From: an uncultured Acidobacteriota bacterium
GTDB taxonomy: Bacteria > Acidobacteriota > Thermoanaerobaculia > Multivoradales > SZUA-115
DNA length: 64,000 bases
Direction of reading: 5' to 3'
Assembly: GCA_963805975.1 (NCBI GenBank)
Contig: CAWDVR010000005.1
Coordinates: 128,001-192,000, forward strand
Positions 39,990 to 50,262 of this stretch are shown piece by piece. The stretch's first letter is position 1; every line of letters starts with the position of its first letter. The notes beneath the pieces are model-generated. The model had not been told where the DNA came from. It did not search any database and saw only the letters and a list, made by a program, of their open reading frames with translations. Position numbers and translations under genes: made by a program.

Positions 39990-40864
39990 GGCGGGGCCGC
40001 GCCGGCAAGCGCGCGCCTCATCTCGTCGTAGAGCTGCACCAGGCGGGGCCCCGGCACCATCGTGTGGCTGCCGCCGAGCACCGCGATCCTCCGGTCGCGC
40101 ACCGCCGGCACCTCGGGAAAGCGCTCCCAGTCCGCGGTGAGCCGGCGCACCAGCTCGGGCGTCGGTGCTTCGGCCTGCAGCTCGAGGATGACCTCCGGCC
40201 CGCGCCCGAGCACCGACTCGAGGCCGATCTTGGGAAAGGCGAGGTTGGAGTCGGCGAGCACGTTGACCGCCCCCAGGCGGGCCAGCAGCTCGCCGTAGGA
40301 GCTCGACGGGCCGGCCGCCAGCACTTCCTCCAGCTTGCCCGGGTCCCGTTCGAGAGAGAGCAGCACTTTGACTCCAGTCAGTCCCTCGACCGGCGCCAGG
40401 CCGGCGCGGAAGCGGGCGAGGAGCGAGCGCCCGGCCTCCTCGACCCCGCAGCGCCGGGCCACGGCCTCGATCGCCGCCTCGACGTCGGCGAGCGAGTCGC
40501 TGTCCACCTCCAGGCTGTCGATGCCCAGCCGCGCCAGCTCTCCGGCGAGCTTCGCCTCGCTGGGCAGCACCACCGCGAGGTCGGGCGCCAGGGTCACGAT
40601 GGCTTCGAGGTTGGGGTCCACCAAGCCGCCGAGCTTGGGGAGCGCGGCGATCTCGGGCGGGTAGGTGCAGTAGTTGCCCACTCCCACCACGCGGTCCCCT
40701 AGCCCCAGCGCGAAGAGGATCTCGACCGCGCTCGGCGCCAGGGCGATGATTCGTTGGGGGGGCGTGCCGCCGGGCAGAGTGCGCCGCTCGCCGCCGCAGG
40801 CTCCCAGGCCGAGAGCCAGAACGGCGGCGAAGGCGAACGCGAGAGCCCGGCGCCGCAATATCAA
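39986..40864 (-). CDS. btuF: Cobalamin-binding lipoprotein (helical-backbone SBP)
   Basis: Lipobox LGAC, RIIALAPS..EILFALG, PNLEAI.L.PDL, PGPRL. Confidence 0.88.
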   Translation of the reverse strand: MILRRRALAFAFAAVLALGLGACGGERRTLPGGTPPQRIIALAPSAVEILFALGLGDRVVGVGNYCTYPPEIAALPKLGGLVDPNLEAIVTLAPDLAVVLPSEAKLAGELARLGIDSLEVDSDSLADVEAAIEAVARRCGVEEAGRSLLARFRAGLAPVEGLTGVKVLLSLERDPGKLEEVLAAGPSSSYGELLARLGAVNVLADSNLAFPKIGLESVLGRGPEVILELQAEAPTPELVRRLTADWERFPEVPAVRDRRIAVLGGSHTMVPGPRLVQLYDEMRRALAGAAPP

Positions 40865-42774
40865 AACGCGACCGTCAAGCCGCCGACCCAGGTACGGCCC
40901 TGGGCCGGGTAGCCGGTGACCTCCTCGTACTGCCGGTCGGCCACGTTCTCGACCCGCGCATAGGGCGCGAGGCGAGCGCTCGCCCGGTAGCGGGCGCCCA
41001 GGTCGAGCCGCACGTAGCTCGGGTTGGTCACGGAAGCGCCGGTCGCCGGGTCGAAGTCCGGCCGTTCGCCCACGAAGCGGCCGGCGGCGGTGAGCGCGAA
41101 GCGTCCGGGTTTCACGGTCACGAAGAGGTTGGCGCTCTCCTGCGGCCGGCGCAGCAGGTCGGTGCCGGTGACCAGATTCTCGGCCTCGAGGTAGGTGACG
41201 TTGGCCCTGAGGTCCACCCACTCGTTGCCCCAGCCGACCGCGCCCTCGGCGCCGCGGCTCCTGGCGCGGAGGATGTTCGCAAAGCGGTTGGCCACGACGT
41301 CGAAGTCGATCAGGTTCTCCTGCTCGAGCTGGAAGACGGTGAGCTCCAGGCTCCAGGTGCCGCGGTCGAGCTCCCAGCCCAGCTCGTAGCTCTCGCCGCG
41401 CTCGGGCTCGAGGCCGGTATTGCCGCTGAAGGGGAAGAACAGCTCGCCCAAGGTCGGCGGCCGGAACGCCTCGCCGTAGTGGAGCTTCAGGCGGCTCTCC
41501 TCCGTCAGCCGCAGGTTGGCGCCAGCCCGCAGGCTGGTCTCGGCACCGAACACGTCGTTGTCGTCGCGCCGCAGGCCGGCGGTGAGCGCGACCCGCCCGA
41601 GCTGATAGTTCACTTCGCCGAAGCCCGCCCAGGTGCGCTGGTGAGACTGTTCGAGGTTGGGGCCGAAGACCGAGACGTCGGTCACCTCGAGCCGCTCGAT
41701 CTCGGCGCCGAGGGCCACCGACAGCCGCTCGTCGCGCCGGTAGGCGACCACGGCGCGGGCCCGCTCGGCCTGGGAGTCGGTGTCCGAGCTGGTGAAGCCG
41801 AAGGCGTCCCCGGGATCGCGGAAGGCGTACTCGGACTCGATGCGCGAGACCTGGCCGGCGAGCGTCCAGGAGTCCCCGAGCGAGGCCGAGAACGGCAGCG
41901 CCAGCTCGCGCTCCTCCCAGGCGATCGAGCCGCTCCTGCTGGGCACGCCGAATGAGAACGGAATGCCGGACTCCGAGTCGTTGACGCGCGCCACGAGCGC
42001 CAGGGACGCGCCGTCGCGGATCGCCCAACCGAGCTTCGCCACCAGCTCCTCGCTGTCGAAGTGGCCGTTGTCGAACTCGCTGTCACCGCGGCGGATGCCG
42101 CCGGCCACGTCGAGGTGGGTCGGGCCGAGGTCGTGCCCGGCCGCGATGCCGGCGCGGTAGTAGCCGTCCTCGCCGCCCTCGAGCCGCAGCTGACCACCAT
42201 CGTGCTGGCCGGAGAGGATCTGCACCACGCCGCCGATGGCGTTGCCGCCATAGAGCGTCGAGGCCGGGCTGCGCACCACCTCGATGCGCTCCACACCCTC
42301 GCTGCCCAGGAACTGCCAGTTGAAGCCGCCGAAGTAGGGGCTGTTGAGCTGCACGCCGTTCCACAGCAGGAGGGTCTGGTCGGACTCGGCCCCGCGCACG
42401 AACACCGAGGTCTGCTGGCCGGGAGGCCCGGCCATGGCGACCGACACGCCGGACACCGAGGCGATGAGGTCGGCGACGGACGGCGCCTGCCGGGCCTCGA
42501 TCTCGTCGCTGTCGATCACCACCACGGAAACCGGCAGCTCGTTGCGTTCGCGAGCGACGGCCGAGGCGGTGACGGCGACGCTCTCGGCGTACTGCGCTCG
42601 TCGCGGCTCCAGGACCGCCGCGTCCTCCGGCTCCTGGGTTTGGGGTTCCACGGCTTCACTCGCGGGAATCGGCTCGGAAACGGTCTGGCCCATTTCGATC
42701 TGACCTGGGGCCGGCATCACACCCCCGAGGATGCCGGCGAGCCCCAGGACGGTGACCCAGAGGGTCTGGCGCAT
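40861..42774 (-). CDS. btuB: TonB-dependent cobalamin receptor
   Basis: VAVTA TonB box, VRGAESDQ, STLYGGNAIGG, C-terminal Phe; lies downstream of a B12 riboswitch. Confidence 0.92.
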   Translation of the reverse strand: MRQTLWVTVLGLAGILGGVMPAPGQIEMGQTVSEPIPASEAVEPQTQEPEDAAVLEPRRAQYAESVAVTASAVARERNELPVSVVVIDSDEIEARQAPSVADLIASVSGVSVAMAGPPGQQTSVFVRGAESDQTLLLWNGVQLNSPYFGGFNWQFLGSEGVERIEVVRSPASTLYGGNAIGGVVQILSGQHDGGQLRLEGGEDGYYRAGIAAGHDLGPTHLDVAGGIRRGDSEFDNGHFDSEELVAKLGWAIRDGASLALVARVNDSESGIPFSFGVPSRSGSIAWEERELALPFSASLGDSWTLAGQVSRIESEYAFRDPGDAFGFTSSDTDSQAERARAVVAYRRDERLSVALGAEIERLEVTDVSVFGPNLEQSHQRTWAGFGEVNYQLGRVALTAGLRRDDNDVFGAETSLRAGANLRLTEESRLKLHYGEAFRPPTLGELFFPFSGNTGLEPERGESYELGWELDRGTWSLELTVFQLEQENLIDFDVVANRFANILRARSRGAEGAVGWGNEWVDLRANVTYLEAENLVTGTDLLRRPQESANLFVTVKPGRFALTAAGRFVGERPDFDPATGASVTNPSYVRLDLGARYRASARLAPYARVENVADRQYEEVTGYPAQGRTWVGGLTVAF

Positions 42775-42917
42775 AGCGCGCTCCTTTCATGGCAGAAGCG
42801 ACGACCGCCGGAGGAGCGGGGGGAGAGATGGGGGCGCGAGCGCAGCGGGAAAGAGCCGGAAGCTGCGGAGCGACGTCCTCACACTGCACCCCGCAGCGGC
42901 CGGTGGATCGTCGAGCG

Positions 42918-43140
42918 CGAACGGCAGGTCTCCTGGCTTCCGGATCTCCCTACTCCCGGACCTTCCCACGCGGACAACCGCCGGCCGGCGGGCATCCGTC
43001 GGATGCCTCGGGCCGCGAGCGATCGTGCCGCGCAGTGGTGATCCCGGTTTCGTACCCGGTGACAGTGGCGGGGGCCGCGCCGGATTCACACCGGCTTCCC
43101 TCTTGTCCGCGACCGGAGCCCAGGGCCCCGGCCGCACCGT
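42918..43140 (-). ncRNA. Cobalamin riboswitch
   Basis: Minus strand AGAGGGAAGCCGGTGTGAATCCGGCGCGGCCCCCGCCACTGT...GGGAAGG...GAAGCCAGGAGACCTGCC (B12 box). Confidence 0.95.
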
Positions 43141-43200
43141 CGCGCTTCGAACGTTGTCAAAGAACCGGCCCGCCCACACGGGCGCGCCGGGAGAAGCTCG

Positions 43201-43725
43201 CTACTGAACGGGGGCGCCCTCGCCGGCCGGCGGCGTCACCGGCGCCGGCGGCGGGAGCTGTTGTGGCTGCACGGAGGTTCCGGAGCCGCCGTAGCTGCCC
43301 GGGAACGTGGTGGGGAAACCCCCGCCGATGTCCTCGGGGTCGACGAACTGGTTCTGATCGTAGGAGCGCTCCGGCGCCGGCAGGCCCGCGGCGCCGGCGG
43401 TCGCCTCGTCATAGTCGTTGGCCGACCAGCCGAGCACGATGGTGCTGGCGTCGAGACGCTTGCCGAAGCCCCGGTTGTTGGTGTCCGAAGCGATGCTGAG
43501 GACGTCCTGGCGCGCAATGGCCACCCAGTTGCCGACATCCGACAGCACCATGATCATGTTCTCGTCCCAGCTCGCCTGCTGCGGCGGGTGCCGGGTGAGG
43601 AACGTCCCCCCACCCTTGAGCTGGACGGTGTAGGTCTCGGCCGTGGCCGGCAGCGGGAGGACGGCGACGGCCAGCAGGGCGAGAGCGCTCACCAGGACGA
43701 AGAGCCGTGCGCGGGTCATGGTCAC
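43201..43725 (-). CDS. Secreted hypothetical protein
   Basis: GGAGG RBS, signal peptide ending PATA, Pro-rich tail. Confidence 0.75.
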   Translation of the reverse strand: MTMTRARLFVLVSALALLAVAVLPLPATAETYTVQLKGGGTFLTRHPPQQASWDENMIMVLSDVGNWVAIARQDVLSIASDTNNRGFGKRLDASTIVLGWSANDYDEATAGAAGLPAPERSYDQNQFVDPEDIGGGFPTTFPGSYGGSGTSVQPQQLPPPAPVTPPAGEGAPVQ

Positions 43726-43779
43726 CTCCGGGGTGCGAGTTCGAGCTAAGTGGGCATTCTAGCACGCACTAGCGGGCCC

Positions 43780-46700
43780 TCAGGAAGGCTGCACCGCCGC
43801 CGCGCCCAGGGCGTCGAGGAGAAAGGCGTAGCGGAAGGCGACCGCACGGTGTCTGGCGTAGCGGCCGGAGGCGCCGGAGTGGCCGGCCTCCATCTCGATC
43901 CGCACCAGCACCTTGGTGTCCGCCGTGTTCGCGGCGCGCAGCCGCGCCGCCCACTTCACCGGGCCCCAGTAGGGGACGCGCTGGTCGTTGTACGAGGTGA
44001 GGACCAGAACCTGCGGGTAGCCCGAAGGATGGACGTTCTCGTACGGCGAGTAGGAGCGCATGTAGTCGAACGTCGCCGCCTCGCTCGGGTTGCCCCATTC
44101 CTCGTACTCGATCACGGTGAGCGGCAGCGAGGAGTCGGTCATGCTGTTGACGAGGTCGACCAGCGCCACGTTCGCCACCGCGGCGCGGAACAGGTCCGGC
44201 CGCATGTTGAGCACCGAGCCCACCAAGAGGCCGCTGGCGCTCGAGCCCTCGATGGCGAGCCGCTTGGGGCTGGTGTAGCCCTGGCGGATCAGCTCCTCGG
44301 CGACGGCGATGAAGTCGGTGAAGGTGTTCTTCTTGTTGAGCAGGCGGCCCTGGTCGTGCCAGACCTGGCCCATCTCGCCGCCGCCCCGCGCGTGGGCCAT
44401 GGCGTAGACGAACCCGCGGTCGAGCAGGCTCAGGAGGTCCGGCGAGAACATGGCCTCGAGCTTGCGGCCATAGGCGCCGTAGCCGATCAGCAGGCAGGGG
44501 TTGTCGCCGTCCTTCACCAGGCCGCGGCGGTAGGCGACGGTGATCGGCACCTCGGTGCCGTCCGGGGCGCGGGTCGAGATGCGCTCGGTGACGTACCTCG
44601 AGGGATCGTAGCCGCGTACCGGGGTCTGCTTCAGGAGCTCGAGTTTGCCCAGGTCCATCCGGTATTCGAAGATCGACATCGGCGTGGTGAGCGAGGTGTA
44701 GCGGAAGCGCAACGCCGGCGAGCCGTACTGCGTGTTGTCCTGCGGCCAGATGGTGTACGAGGGCTCGGGGAACGCCACCTCGTGCTCCTTGCCGGTGGTG
44801 CGCTCGACGATGCGGATACGGGGCAGGCCGCGGCTCTGCTCGAAGAGCACCACGTAGTCCTGGAACACCTCGAAGCTCTCGATGCGGATGCCGGGCCGCT
44901 CGGGCAGCACCTCGCGCCAGCTCGGCCGCGAGGGGCTGGCGACCGGCGTCTCCATCAAGCGGAAGTTCGGCGCGCCGTCGTTGGTGAGGATCAGGAAGCG
45001 GTCCCGCTGGTGCTGCACGAAGTAGTCGAGACCGAGGCGGCGCGGGGCGAAGACCAGGAGTGGCGCTTCCGGCCGGTTGGCGTCGAGGAGCCGCGCCTCG
45101 CTGGTGGTGGCGCTGTCCGCCCGGATCACCAGGTACTGCTGGCTCTTGGTCTTCTCGACGCTGAGATGGAAGGCCTCGTCCGGCTCGTGGTAGACCAGCG
45201 GATCGGCCTCCGGGTCCGAGCCCATGCGGTGCCGGAACACCTTGTACGGCCGGTTCGCGGCGTCGCGCCGGGCATAGAACAGGGTGCGGTTGTCGTTGGC
45301 CCACTGGAAGTCGCGGAAGGTGTCCTTCATCTGGTCGGGGGCCACCTCGCCGGTCTGCAGATCCTTGACCAGCAGCGTGAACCGCTCGTCGCCCTCGGTG
45401 TCGAGGGTGTAGGCCACGAAGCGGTGGTCGGGGCTGGTGCGCACCCGGCCCAGCCGGAAGTAGTCGTGGCCCTCGGCCATGGCGTTGCTGTCGAGCACCA
45501 CCTCCTCCGGCGCCTCCATGCTCCCCTTCTTGCGGTAGTAGGCGCGGTACGGTTTGTCGGGCTCGGCGCGCGTGTAATAGAAGTAGTCGTCCTGCTGGAA
45601 CGGCATCACCGGGTCGGCCTCGTCGCTGTGGCCCAGGAACTCGTCGTAGAGCTGCTTCTCGAGGCCGGCGAGCGGCGCCATCACGGCGTCGGTGTAGCGG
45701 TTCTCGGCCTCGAGGTGCGCCAGGACCGCGGGGTTGTCGCGGTCCATCAGCCAGGCGTAGTCGTCGGTCCAGCGCCGGCTCTCGAAGATGCGCTCGGTGG
45801 GCGCCACGCGCGCCACGGGAGGATTGGGCGGCTCCGCCGCGGCTGCCGGCGCCCCCGTCTGCACCGCGGCCGGCGCGGGGGCGGTGTGCGAGGCCCCGGT
45901 GTGTGAAGCTGGGCCGGACGGCGGCCCCAGGCTCTCGCGCAGCCGCAGGGACTCTTCGAGGTCCGCCATGGTCCCTACGACGCCGTGCGCGCCGACCAGC
46001 TTGTCGATGGCGAGGCCCAGCTCCTGCAGGCGCTTGGCGAGCGCCACGGCGGCGTCGCTCGCCGGCTCCAGCCCGCCGACGCGCGGGATGGAGAAGAGGT
46101 CCGCCTGGAAGAGGATCTTCTCTTGCGGCAGGTAGGCGGCCAGGATCTCGTCGGCATGGGGGTTGGGCCCCAGGTCCAGGATCTCCACCACGCGCTTGCC
46201 GTCGGTGAAGGTCCGCTTCTTGTCGACCAGCTCGAAGCGGGCAGCCTTGGGATCGAGGCTCAGGGCATCGGGATCGACCGTGCGCACCGCCGCCGCCATG
46301 CGCTCGAGGAGCGGCTGCGCGCGGCGGGTGGTGACGACCGTCGCGCTCTCGGCGATCACCGTGCGGACGCCGCCGCTGTGGGTGTCGTGATGGTGAGTGA
46401 GCACGGCGTAGCGGATCGGCTTGTCCGGGATCTTCTGGTGGATCATCCGCACGGCCTGGGCCGTCATGCCGCTGCTCTGCGGCGCGTCCACCATCAGCAC
46501 GTGGTCCGCGAACTCCACGAACAGCACGTTGGCAAGGCCGTCCACCAGGTGGACGCCCGGCGCCAGCTCGGTGAGCTTGGGCTTCGGCGGCTCCTCGTAC
46601 GGCACCTCCTGGTAGCCGGCCGGGACCTGGAACAGGGACTCGTCGAGCGGCTGGTTGACCTTGACCTCGACGAAGCGCAGGCGCTGGCCCGGCTCGCCGG

Positions 46701-47460
46701 CGCTCGCGGTCTGGAAGCCCGCCGGCACCAGCCAGCCGTCGAGCGGCTGGTAGGGCGGCAGGAAGGTGGTCTCGGTCGCCGTGTCGCCGTAGATGTTGTC
46801 GGTCGAGATCCCGTCGTAGCGGGTGAGGAGGTGCGAGGCGGCGTCGAGGAAGAGCGTGAATACCCGGCCGTTGCTCCAGGCGAAGGAGATCACCTCGTGC
46901 TTCTTGCCCTCGAGGTCCACCTCGCCCAGGAAGCGCAGCGAGCGCGCCCGCCGCTGGGCGTGGCCGAGCATCAGGGCCGGGAACACCCGCTCCAGGTACT
47001 CGAAGTCCTCGAGCGCCAGGCGCTCGTTCTTGCGGAACTTCTTCACCACGTGGTTGGTCTCGATCTTCTCCTCGCCCCGCACCCAGACGCTGCTCGAGAT
47101 CACGATGCCGCCGGCGTTGGAGTAGGTGCGGTCGTCGAACACCCAGCCCTCTTCGAGGTCGAAGGCCCAGTGGTCCCAGAGCGGTGTGGTGGCGAAGGGC
47201 GGCTCCACGGCGGGGCTCTGGTTGCGGAGGATGGTCTCGCCCTGGGCTTTGATCGCCAGCGTCTCGATCGAGTCGATGCGCTCCATGCCGCCCATCACCT
47301 CGATGGCGGCGTCGAGGGCCTTGCGCGCGCGCTGGTAGGAGTCGAGGGTGAGCGACGGCGAGGCCCACAGTTGATCCCCGGGGCGACCCCAGAGGAGAGC
47401 CGGGGCCGTCACCAGCGCCAGCAGGAAGACCCACTTCAGACTCCGATCGGGCTTGCTCAA
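43780..47460 (-). CDS. Secreted fusion of an MBL-fold protein and an oligopeptidase B (S9A) peptidase
   Basis: N-half: VDAP, THHHDTHSGG, PHADE, FQADL, GAHG. C-half: DDYAWL, GYGAYG, HARGGGEMG.W, GSSASG, EWGNP, DQRV, GH. Confidence 0.88.
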   Translation of the reverse strand: MSKPDRSLKWVFLLALVTAPALLWGRPGDQLWASPSLTLDSYQRARKALDAAIEVMGGMERIDSIETLAIKAQGETILRNQSPAVEPPFATTPLWDHWAFDLEEGWVFDDRTYSNAGGIVISSSVWVRGEEKIETNHVVKKFRKNERLALEDFEYLERVFPALMLGHAQRRARSLRFLGEVDLEGKKHEVISFAWSNGRVFTLFLDAASHLLTRYDGISTDNIYGDTATETTFLPPYQPLDGWLVPAGFQTASAGEPGQRLRFVEVKVNQPLDESLFQVPAGYQEVPYEEPPKPKLTELAPGVHLVDGLANVLFVEFADHVLMVDAPQSSGMTAQAVRMIHQKIPDKPIRYAVLTHHHDTHSGGVRTVIAESATVVTTRRAQPLLERMAAAVRTVDPDALSLDPKAARFELVDKKRTFTDGKRVVEILDLGPNPHADEILAAYLPQEKILFQADLFSIPRVGGLEPASDAAVALAKRLQELGLAIDKLVGAHGVVGTMADLEESLRLRESLGPPSGPASHTGASHTAPAPAAVQTGAPAAAAEPPNPPVARVAPTERIFESRRWTDDYAWLMDRDNPAVLAHLEAENRYTDAVMAPLAGLEKQLYDEFLGHSDEADPVMPFQQDDYFYYTRAEPDKPYRAYYRKKGSMEAPEEVVLDSNAMAEGHDYFRLGRVRTSPDHRFVAYTLDTEGDERFTLLVKDLQTGEVAPDQMKDTFRDFQWANDNRTLFYARRDAANRPYKVFRHRMGSDPEADPLVYHEPDEAFHLSVEKTKSQQYLVIRADSATTSEARLLDANRPEAPLLVFAPRRLGLDYFVQHQRDRFLILTNDGAPNFRLMETPVASPSRPSWREVLPERPGIRIESFEVFQDYVVLFEQSRGLPRIRIVERTTGKEHEVAFPEPSYTIWPQDNTQYGSPALRFRYTSLTTPMSIFEYRMDLGKLELLKQTPVRGYDPSRYVTERISTRAPDGTEVPITVAYRRGLVKDGDNPCLLIGYGAYGRKLEAMFSPDLLSLLDRGFVYAMAHARGGGEMGQVWHDQGRLLNKKNTFTDFIAVAEELIRQGYTSPKRLAIEGSSASGLLVGSVLNMRPDLFRAAVANVALVDLVNSMTDSSLPLTVIEYEEWGNPSEAATFDYMRSYSPYENVHPSGYPQVLVLTSYNDQRVPYWGPVKWAARLRAANTADTKVLVRIEMEAGHSGASGRYARHRAVAFRYAFLLDALGAAAVQPS

Positions 47461-47558
47461 GATTCGGCTCCTCCTCGTTTTCAGGATGCGACGGAGCTGC
47501 CGCTATACTGGTCAGCCCGCGCCCGCTTTCTTGTGTGCCCGACGGGCGAAACCGAGAC

Positions 47559-49139
47559 ATGAGCGCCGACACCATGGGGCGCCTGGCCCGCGCCCCCCAC
47601 CCCGCACTCTTCCGCCTGCTCTACGAGCCGCAGCTCGCGGCCGACAAGGGTCCGCTCGTACCGCTGCTGCTCGCGGTCGACGCCGCGCACGTGGTGATGC
47701 TCGCCGAGCGCGGCCTGCTGCCGCCGGCGGTGGCGGCGCAGCTCCTGGCGGTCAACCGCGATCTCGAGGCGAGAGTCGCCGCCGGCGAGGACCCGATCGG
47801 CGAGCCGGCGAGCCACCGCGGTCTCTACGCGCTCTACGAGCACCTCTACGTCGAGCGCCTGGGCGCGGAGGCCGGCGGCGCAGCCCATTTCGCGAGGAGC
47901 CGCAACGACGTCAACGCCGCGCTGACCCGGCTCCGCCTCGGAGCGGTCCTCTTCGGGATCTCGGAGCAGGCGGCGGCCCTGCTGGAGCTCCTCCTGGCCC
48001 TCGCGGAGCGGCACGCCGGCACGCTGATGGCGGGCTTCACCCACTTCGAGCCGGCGCAGCCCACCTCCTTCGGCCACTACCTCGCGGCGGTCGCCGCCGA
48101 GCTCCTGCGCACGGCGGAGTGGCTGGCCGAGTCCGCGGCGCGCGCCGACCGCTCGCCGCTCGGCGCCGCGGCCGGCTTCGGCACCTCGCAGCCCATCGAC
48201 CGCGAGCGGGTGGCGGAGCTCCTGGGCTTCTCCGGGGTGATCGAGAGCTCGCTCGACGCCGTGGCCTCGCGCGACTACGCGGTGCACGCGGGCGGCGCCC
48301 TCGCCATGCTCGGCATGACCCTCACCCGCCTCGCCTCCGACCTCCAGACCTGGGGCAGCGCCGCCTACCGCTTCCTCGCCTGGCCGGACGAGCTGGTGAG
48401 CACCAGCTCGATCATGCCCCAGAAGCGAAACGTCTTCGCGCTCGAGAACCTGCGCGGGCGCGCCGTCCGGCCCGTGGGGGCGCTCGTCAACCTGTTGCTG
48501 GGCTTGAAGAACACGCCCTTCACCAACAGCGTGGAAGTGAGCGGCGAGGCGACCTCTCACCTCTGGCCGGCGGCCGAGGCCGCGACGCTCTCGCTCGAGC
48601 TCGCCCGCCTGCTGCTCGAAGCGATGGAGGTGGACGCTTCGCGCATGACGGCGTTCCTTTCCGGCCGCCAGACCACCATGACGGCGGTCGCCAACCTCCT
48701 GGTCGAGGACCACGGCCTGCCCTTCCGCACCGCCCACGGCGCGGCCGGGCGCCTGGCGGCCGAGCAGCCGGACGCCGAGGAACGACCCGAGGAGGTGGCG
48801 CGGCGCCTGCCGGAGATCGTGGCGGAGCTGGCCGGCCGGCGGATCGAGATCGATCCCGCCCGCCTGCGCCGGGCCCTCGACCCGGCCGCTCTCCTGGCCG
48901 GGGCCGTCTACGGCGGGGGCCCGGCGCCGGAGTCCGTCCGCAACCAGCTCGCGGCCCTGGGCGGGCGCCTCGCGGCCCTCTGCCGCGACCTCGAAGAGCG
49001 GAAAAAAAGGAAAGAGGAGGCGGCCTGGCGTCTCACCGCGGCGGTTTCGCGCATTCTTAGAGCGAGCGACGAAACCGCCGCCAGGGAGACCCATCGCGAT
49101 GCCGACCCGGTACGACTCACTCCTCGACCCGATCCGTGA
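47559..49139 (+). CDS. Argininosuccinate-lyase-like (fumarase/aspartase superfamily) enzyme
   Basis: RSRND, GFTHFEPAQP, SPLGAAA, SSIMPQKRN, PFRTAH; secondary-metabolism context. Confidence 0.9.
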   Translation: MSADTMGRLARAPHPALFRLLYEPQLAADKGPLVPLLLAVDAAHVVMLAERGLLPPAVAAQLLAVNRDLEARVAAGEDPIGEPASHRGLYALYEHLYVERLGAEAGGAAHFARSRNDVNAALTRLRLGAVLFGISEQAAALLELLLALAERHAGTLMAGFTHFEPAQPTSFGHYLAAVAAELLRTAEWLAESAARADRSPLGAAAGFGTSQPIDRERVAELLGFSGVIESSLDAVASRDYAVHAGGALAMLGMTLTRLASDLQTWGSAAYRFLAWPDELVSTSSIMPQKRNVFALENLRGRAVRPVGALVNLLLGLKNTPFTNSVEVSGEATSHLWPAAEAATLSLELARLLLEAMEVDASRMTAFLSGRQTTMTAVANLLVEDHGLPFRTAHGAAGRLAAEQPDAEERPEEVARRLPEIVAELAGRRIEIDPARLRRALDPAALLAGAVYGGGPAPESVRNQLAALGGRLAALCRDLEERKKRKEEAAWRLTAAVSRILRASDETAARETHRDADPVRLTPRPDP

Positions 49140-50224
49140 CCTCCAGATCGTCCGCGTGCCGCGCCGCGGGGCGTTGACCGGCGGTGCCCAGCTCTGGGCC
49201 CAGCTCGAGCTGGGCCTGCCCGGCGGCATGAAGGACCGCGTCGCCCTGCGGATGATCGAAGAAGCCGAGGCGCGAGGCGAGATCCACCCCGGCGACACGC
49301 TCATCGAGAGCTCCTCCGGCAACCTCGCCGAGGGCCTCGCCAGGGTTGGCCGGCTCAAGGGCTACCAGGTCATCATCGTCACCGACCCGCGCATCGACGA
49401 CCTGATGGTGGCGAAGCTCCGGGCCCTGGGAGCGCGGCTCGAGATCGTCGAGGACTACGACCCGGTGGGCGGCTGGCAGAGCTCGCGCCTCAGGCGCCTG
49501 CGCGAGATGCTCGATGCCCTGCCCGGCGCGCACTGGACCATGCAGTACGACACCCCTGCCAATGGCGCGGCCTACACCGCGGTCGGGCCGGCCCTGGTGG
49601 AGCTCCTGGGGCCGCGCATCGGCGCCCTGGTGGGCACGGTTGGGCAGCGGCGGCTCGCTCTGCGGCATCGCCGCCTCGCTCGCACCGCTGGTGCCGGGCC
49701 TGAAGGTGGTCGCCGTCGACGCCGTGGGCTCCGTCCTCTTCCACCAGCCGGACCGCCGGCGCCTGCAATCCGGCCACAGCAACAGCATCGTGCCCGGCAA
49801 CGTGCGCTACGAGCGCATCGACGAGGTGCACTGGCTCTCGGACGGCGAGGTGTTCGACGGCTGCCGCGAGCTGGCGCGGGTGGCCGGCGTCTTCGGCGGC
49901 GGCTCCTCGGGCGCCGCCTGGGTGGTGGCGTCGTGGGTGGCCGGGCGTTTCGCGCCCGACGAGCACGTGATCGCCATCCTTCCCGACCGCGGCGACCGCT
50001 ACGCCAAGACCATCTACTCCGACGCCTTCCTCGAAGAGCAGGGCATTGCCGGCCGCGCCGCCGCCTTGGAGCCGGTGCCGATCCGCTACGGCGAGGAGGT
50101 GGCCGAGGCCTGGAGCTACGCCCCGCTGCCGCACGGCACGGACGTGCCGTACCACGCGGCCTCCGCGCGCCGTACCTCCGACCTCGCCGCCGAGCTGGGC
50201 CTGGTCGAGGCAGCCGTGGTCTGA
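49099..50224 (+). CDS. PLP-dependent cysteine-synthase-like (SbnA/DabA-type) enzyme, frameshift near 49640
   Basis: GGMKDR, ESSSGN, then after one extra T: GSGGS, VDAVGS, GGSSGA, PDRGDRY. Confidence 0.88.
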
Positions 50225-50262
50225 CGGCCGCCCGCGCGCCGCCCTTTGCCGCCCGCCACGCC

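Noticed and set aside
39986-42028. 680-aa BtuF with a long N-terminal domain
   Set aside because: The extension is an alternative frame of btuB. The lipoprotein signal begins near 40864.
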